DNA from: Leucoraja erinacea
Taxonomy: Eukaryota
NCBI RefSeq assembly: GCF_028641065.1
Contig: NW_026576674.1
Location: 186,001 to 250,000, forward strand
Reading direction: 5' to 3'
DNA length: 64,000 nt
The notes below the pieces were generated by a model. The model saw only the letters and a list, made by a program, of their open reading frames with translations, had not been told where the DNA came from and did no database searches. Position numbers and translations under genes: made by a program. Shown piece after piece: positions 61,595-64,000 of this stretch (its first letter is position 1; each line of letters opens with the position of its first letter).

Positions 61595-63703
61595 CAGTAG
61601 GTAAGTGTGAAGGCTTTGTGTCTCAATGCAAGGAGCATTCGTAATAAGGTGGATGAGTTGAATGTGCAGATAGTTATTAATGAATATGATATAGTTGGGA
61701 TCACGGAGACATGGCTCCGGGGTGACCAATGGTGGGAGCTGAACATCCAGGGATTTTCAATATTCAGGAGGGATAGATAGAAAGGAAAAGGAGGCGGGGT
61801 AGCGTTCCTGGCTAGAGTGGAAATTAACGCAAAAGAAAGGGACATTAGCTTGGAGGGTGTGGAATGGATATGGGTAGAGCTGCGAAACACTAATGGGCAG
61901 AAAAAGCTAGTGGGAGTTGTGTACAGGTCACCTAACAGTAGTAGTGGAGTTGGGGATGGCATCAAACAGGAAATTAGAAATGCGTGCAACAAAGGTAAAA
62001 CAGTTATAATGGGTGACTTCAATCTACATATAGATTGAGTTAATCAAATTGGCAGGGGTGCTGAGGAAGAGGATTTCTTGGAATGTATGCGGGATAGTTT
62101 TCTAAACCAACATGTAGAGGAACCAATGAGAGAGCAGGCTATTCTAGACTGGGTATTGAGTAATGAGGAAGGGTTCGTTAGCAGTCTTGTTGTGCGTGGC
62201 CCCTTGGGCAAGAGTGACCATAATATGGTTAAGTTCTTCATTAGGATGGAGAGTGTCATTGTTAATTCAGAAACAAGGGTCCTGAACTTATAGAAAGGTA
62301 ACTTTGAGGGTATGAGACGTGAATAGGCCAAGATAGACTGGCAATTGATTCTTAAAGGTTTGACGGTGGACATGCCATGGAAGGCATTTAAAAACTGCAT
62401 GGATGAACTACAACAATTGTTCATCCCTGTTTGGCAAAAGAATAAATCAGGGAAGATAGTGCATCCGTAGATAACAAGGGAAATCAGGGATAGTATCAAA
62501 ACGTATAAATTAGCCAGAAAAAGCAGCCGACCAGAGGACTGGGAGAAATGCAGAGTCCAGGAGAGGAGGACAAAAGGCTTAATTAGAAAAGGGAAAATAG
62601 ATTATGAAAGAAAACTGGCAGGGAACATAAAAACCTTTTATAGATATGTGAAGAGGAAAAGATTTGTTAAAACAAATGTAGGTCCCTTGCAGCCAGAAAC
62701 AGATTAATTGTAATGGGGAACAAGGACATGGCAGACCAATTGAATAACTAGTCTGAAGAGGGTTTCGGCCCGAAACGTTGCCTTCGCTCCATAGATGCTG
62801 CTGCATCCGCTGCGTTTCTCCAGCTTTTTTTGTGTACATTCAATTGAATAACTACTTTCGTTCTGTCTTCACTAAGGAAGACATAAATAATCTGCCGGAA
62901 ATAGCAAGGGACCGGGGGTTAAATGAAATGGAGGAGCTGAGTGAAATCCAGGTTAGCCGGGTAGTGGTATTGGGTAAATTGAATGGTTTAAAGGCCGATA
63001 AATCCCCAGGGCCAGATAAGTTGCATCCCAGAGTACTTAAGGAAGTAGCCGCAGAAACAGTGGATGCATTAGAGATAATTTTTCCAAACTGTAGTAGTTC
63101 CTGAGGACTGGAGGATAGCTAATGTAACCCCACTTTTTAAAAAGGGAGGGAGAGAGAAAACGGGGAATTACAGACCAGTTAGTCCAACATCGGTGGTGGG
63201 GAAAAGTCTGGAGTCAGTTATTAAAGATGGGATAGCAGCACATTTGGAAAGTGGAGAATTCATTGGACAAAGTCAGCATGGATTTATGAAAGGTAAATCA
63301 TGTCTGATGAATATGATAGAATTTTTCGAGGATGTAACTAGTAGCGTGGATAGGGGAGACCCAGTGGATGTGTTATATCTGGACTTTCAGGAGGCTTTCG
63401 ACAAGGTCCCACATAAGAGATTAGTATGTAAACTTAAAGCACACGGTATTGAGGGTCAGTAATAATGTGAATAGAGAACTGGCTGGCAGACAGGAAGCAA
63501 AGAATAGGAGTAAACGGGTCATTTTCAGAATGGCAGGCAGTGACTAGTGGGGTACCGCAAGGCTCAGTGCTGGGACCCCAGCTATTTACAATATATATTA
63601 CTGATCTGAATGAGTGAATTGAATGCAACATCTCCAAGTTTGCGGATGACACGAAGCTGGGGGAGGGGGTGGGGGTGGGGGGGGGGGGGGGGGGGGGGGG
63701 GGT

Positions 63704-63759
<56 letters not shown>

Positions 63760-64000
63760 GGGGGGGGGCAGTGTTAGCTGTGAGGAGGATGCTAGGAGGC
63801 TGCAAGGTGACTAGGATAGGTTGGGTGAGTGGGAAATTGCATGGCAGATGCAGTATAATGTGGATAAATGTGATGTTATCCGCTTTGGTGGCAAAAACGG
63901 GAAAGTAGACTATTATCTAAATAGTGGCCGATTAGGAAAAGGGGAGATACAACGAGACCTGGGTGTCATGGTACACCAGTCATTGAAATGCATGCAGGTG
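61595..64000 (+). mobile_element. CR1 LINE (family B) ORF2, endonuclease through RT, running off the window end
   Basis: CLNARSIRNK, VGITETWL, VVYRSPN, MGDFN, KSDH, KSPGPD and SKFADDTKLG; many stops. Confidence 0.94.
62751..62840 (+). mobile_element. 90-bp hammerhead-core mini-element with 14-bp TSD
   Basis: Flanked by caattgaataacta (62737-62750 and 62841-62854); contains CTGAAGA-GGGT-TTCG-GCCC-GAAAC-GTT. Confidence 0.85.

Noticed and set aside
63660-63768. Poly-Gly/poly-Pro ORFs or a G-quadruplex locus; also C-runs at 16241, 28799, 50582 and 60704
   Set aside because: An expanded G homopolymer inside a CR1 RT; most likely a sequencing artefact or simple slippage

Overview
Vertebrate genomic DNA, very likely from a cartilaginous fish such as a skate or ray (inferred from HE1/V-SINE-type SINEs, abundant CR1 LINEs and the receptor family). 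It has four N-gaps (12841-13186, 41064-41205, 47222-47760, 55229-55657). The main genic content is a cluster of two-exon class A (rhodopsin-like) orphan GPCRs resembling GPR139/GPR142: four intact genes (two on +, two on -), one truncated pseudogene and one intronic fragment. Each intact gene has a 70-nt first coding exon that the ORF track does not join to exon 2, a phase-1 intron inside TM1 and a very short N-terminus, and all four share upstream motifs. Between the two convergent sub-clusters lie the 3' exons of a TRIM-type PRY-SPRY (B30.2) gene with no intact 5' exons visible. The rest is mostly CR1, L2, Rex1-like and Penelope-like retroelements, tRNA-derived SINEs, Penelope-derived short repeats carrying hammerhead-ribozyme cores (one is a 90-bp insert with a 14-bp TSD), two non-autonomous DNA transposons and a 31-bp minisatellite. 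Family names come from motif recognition only; no database search was run.
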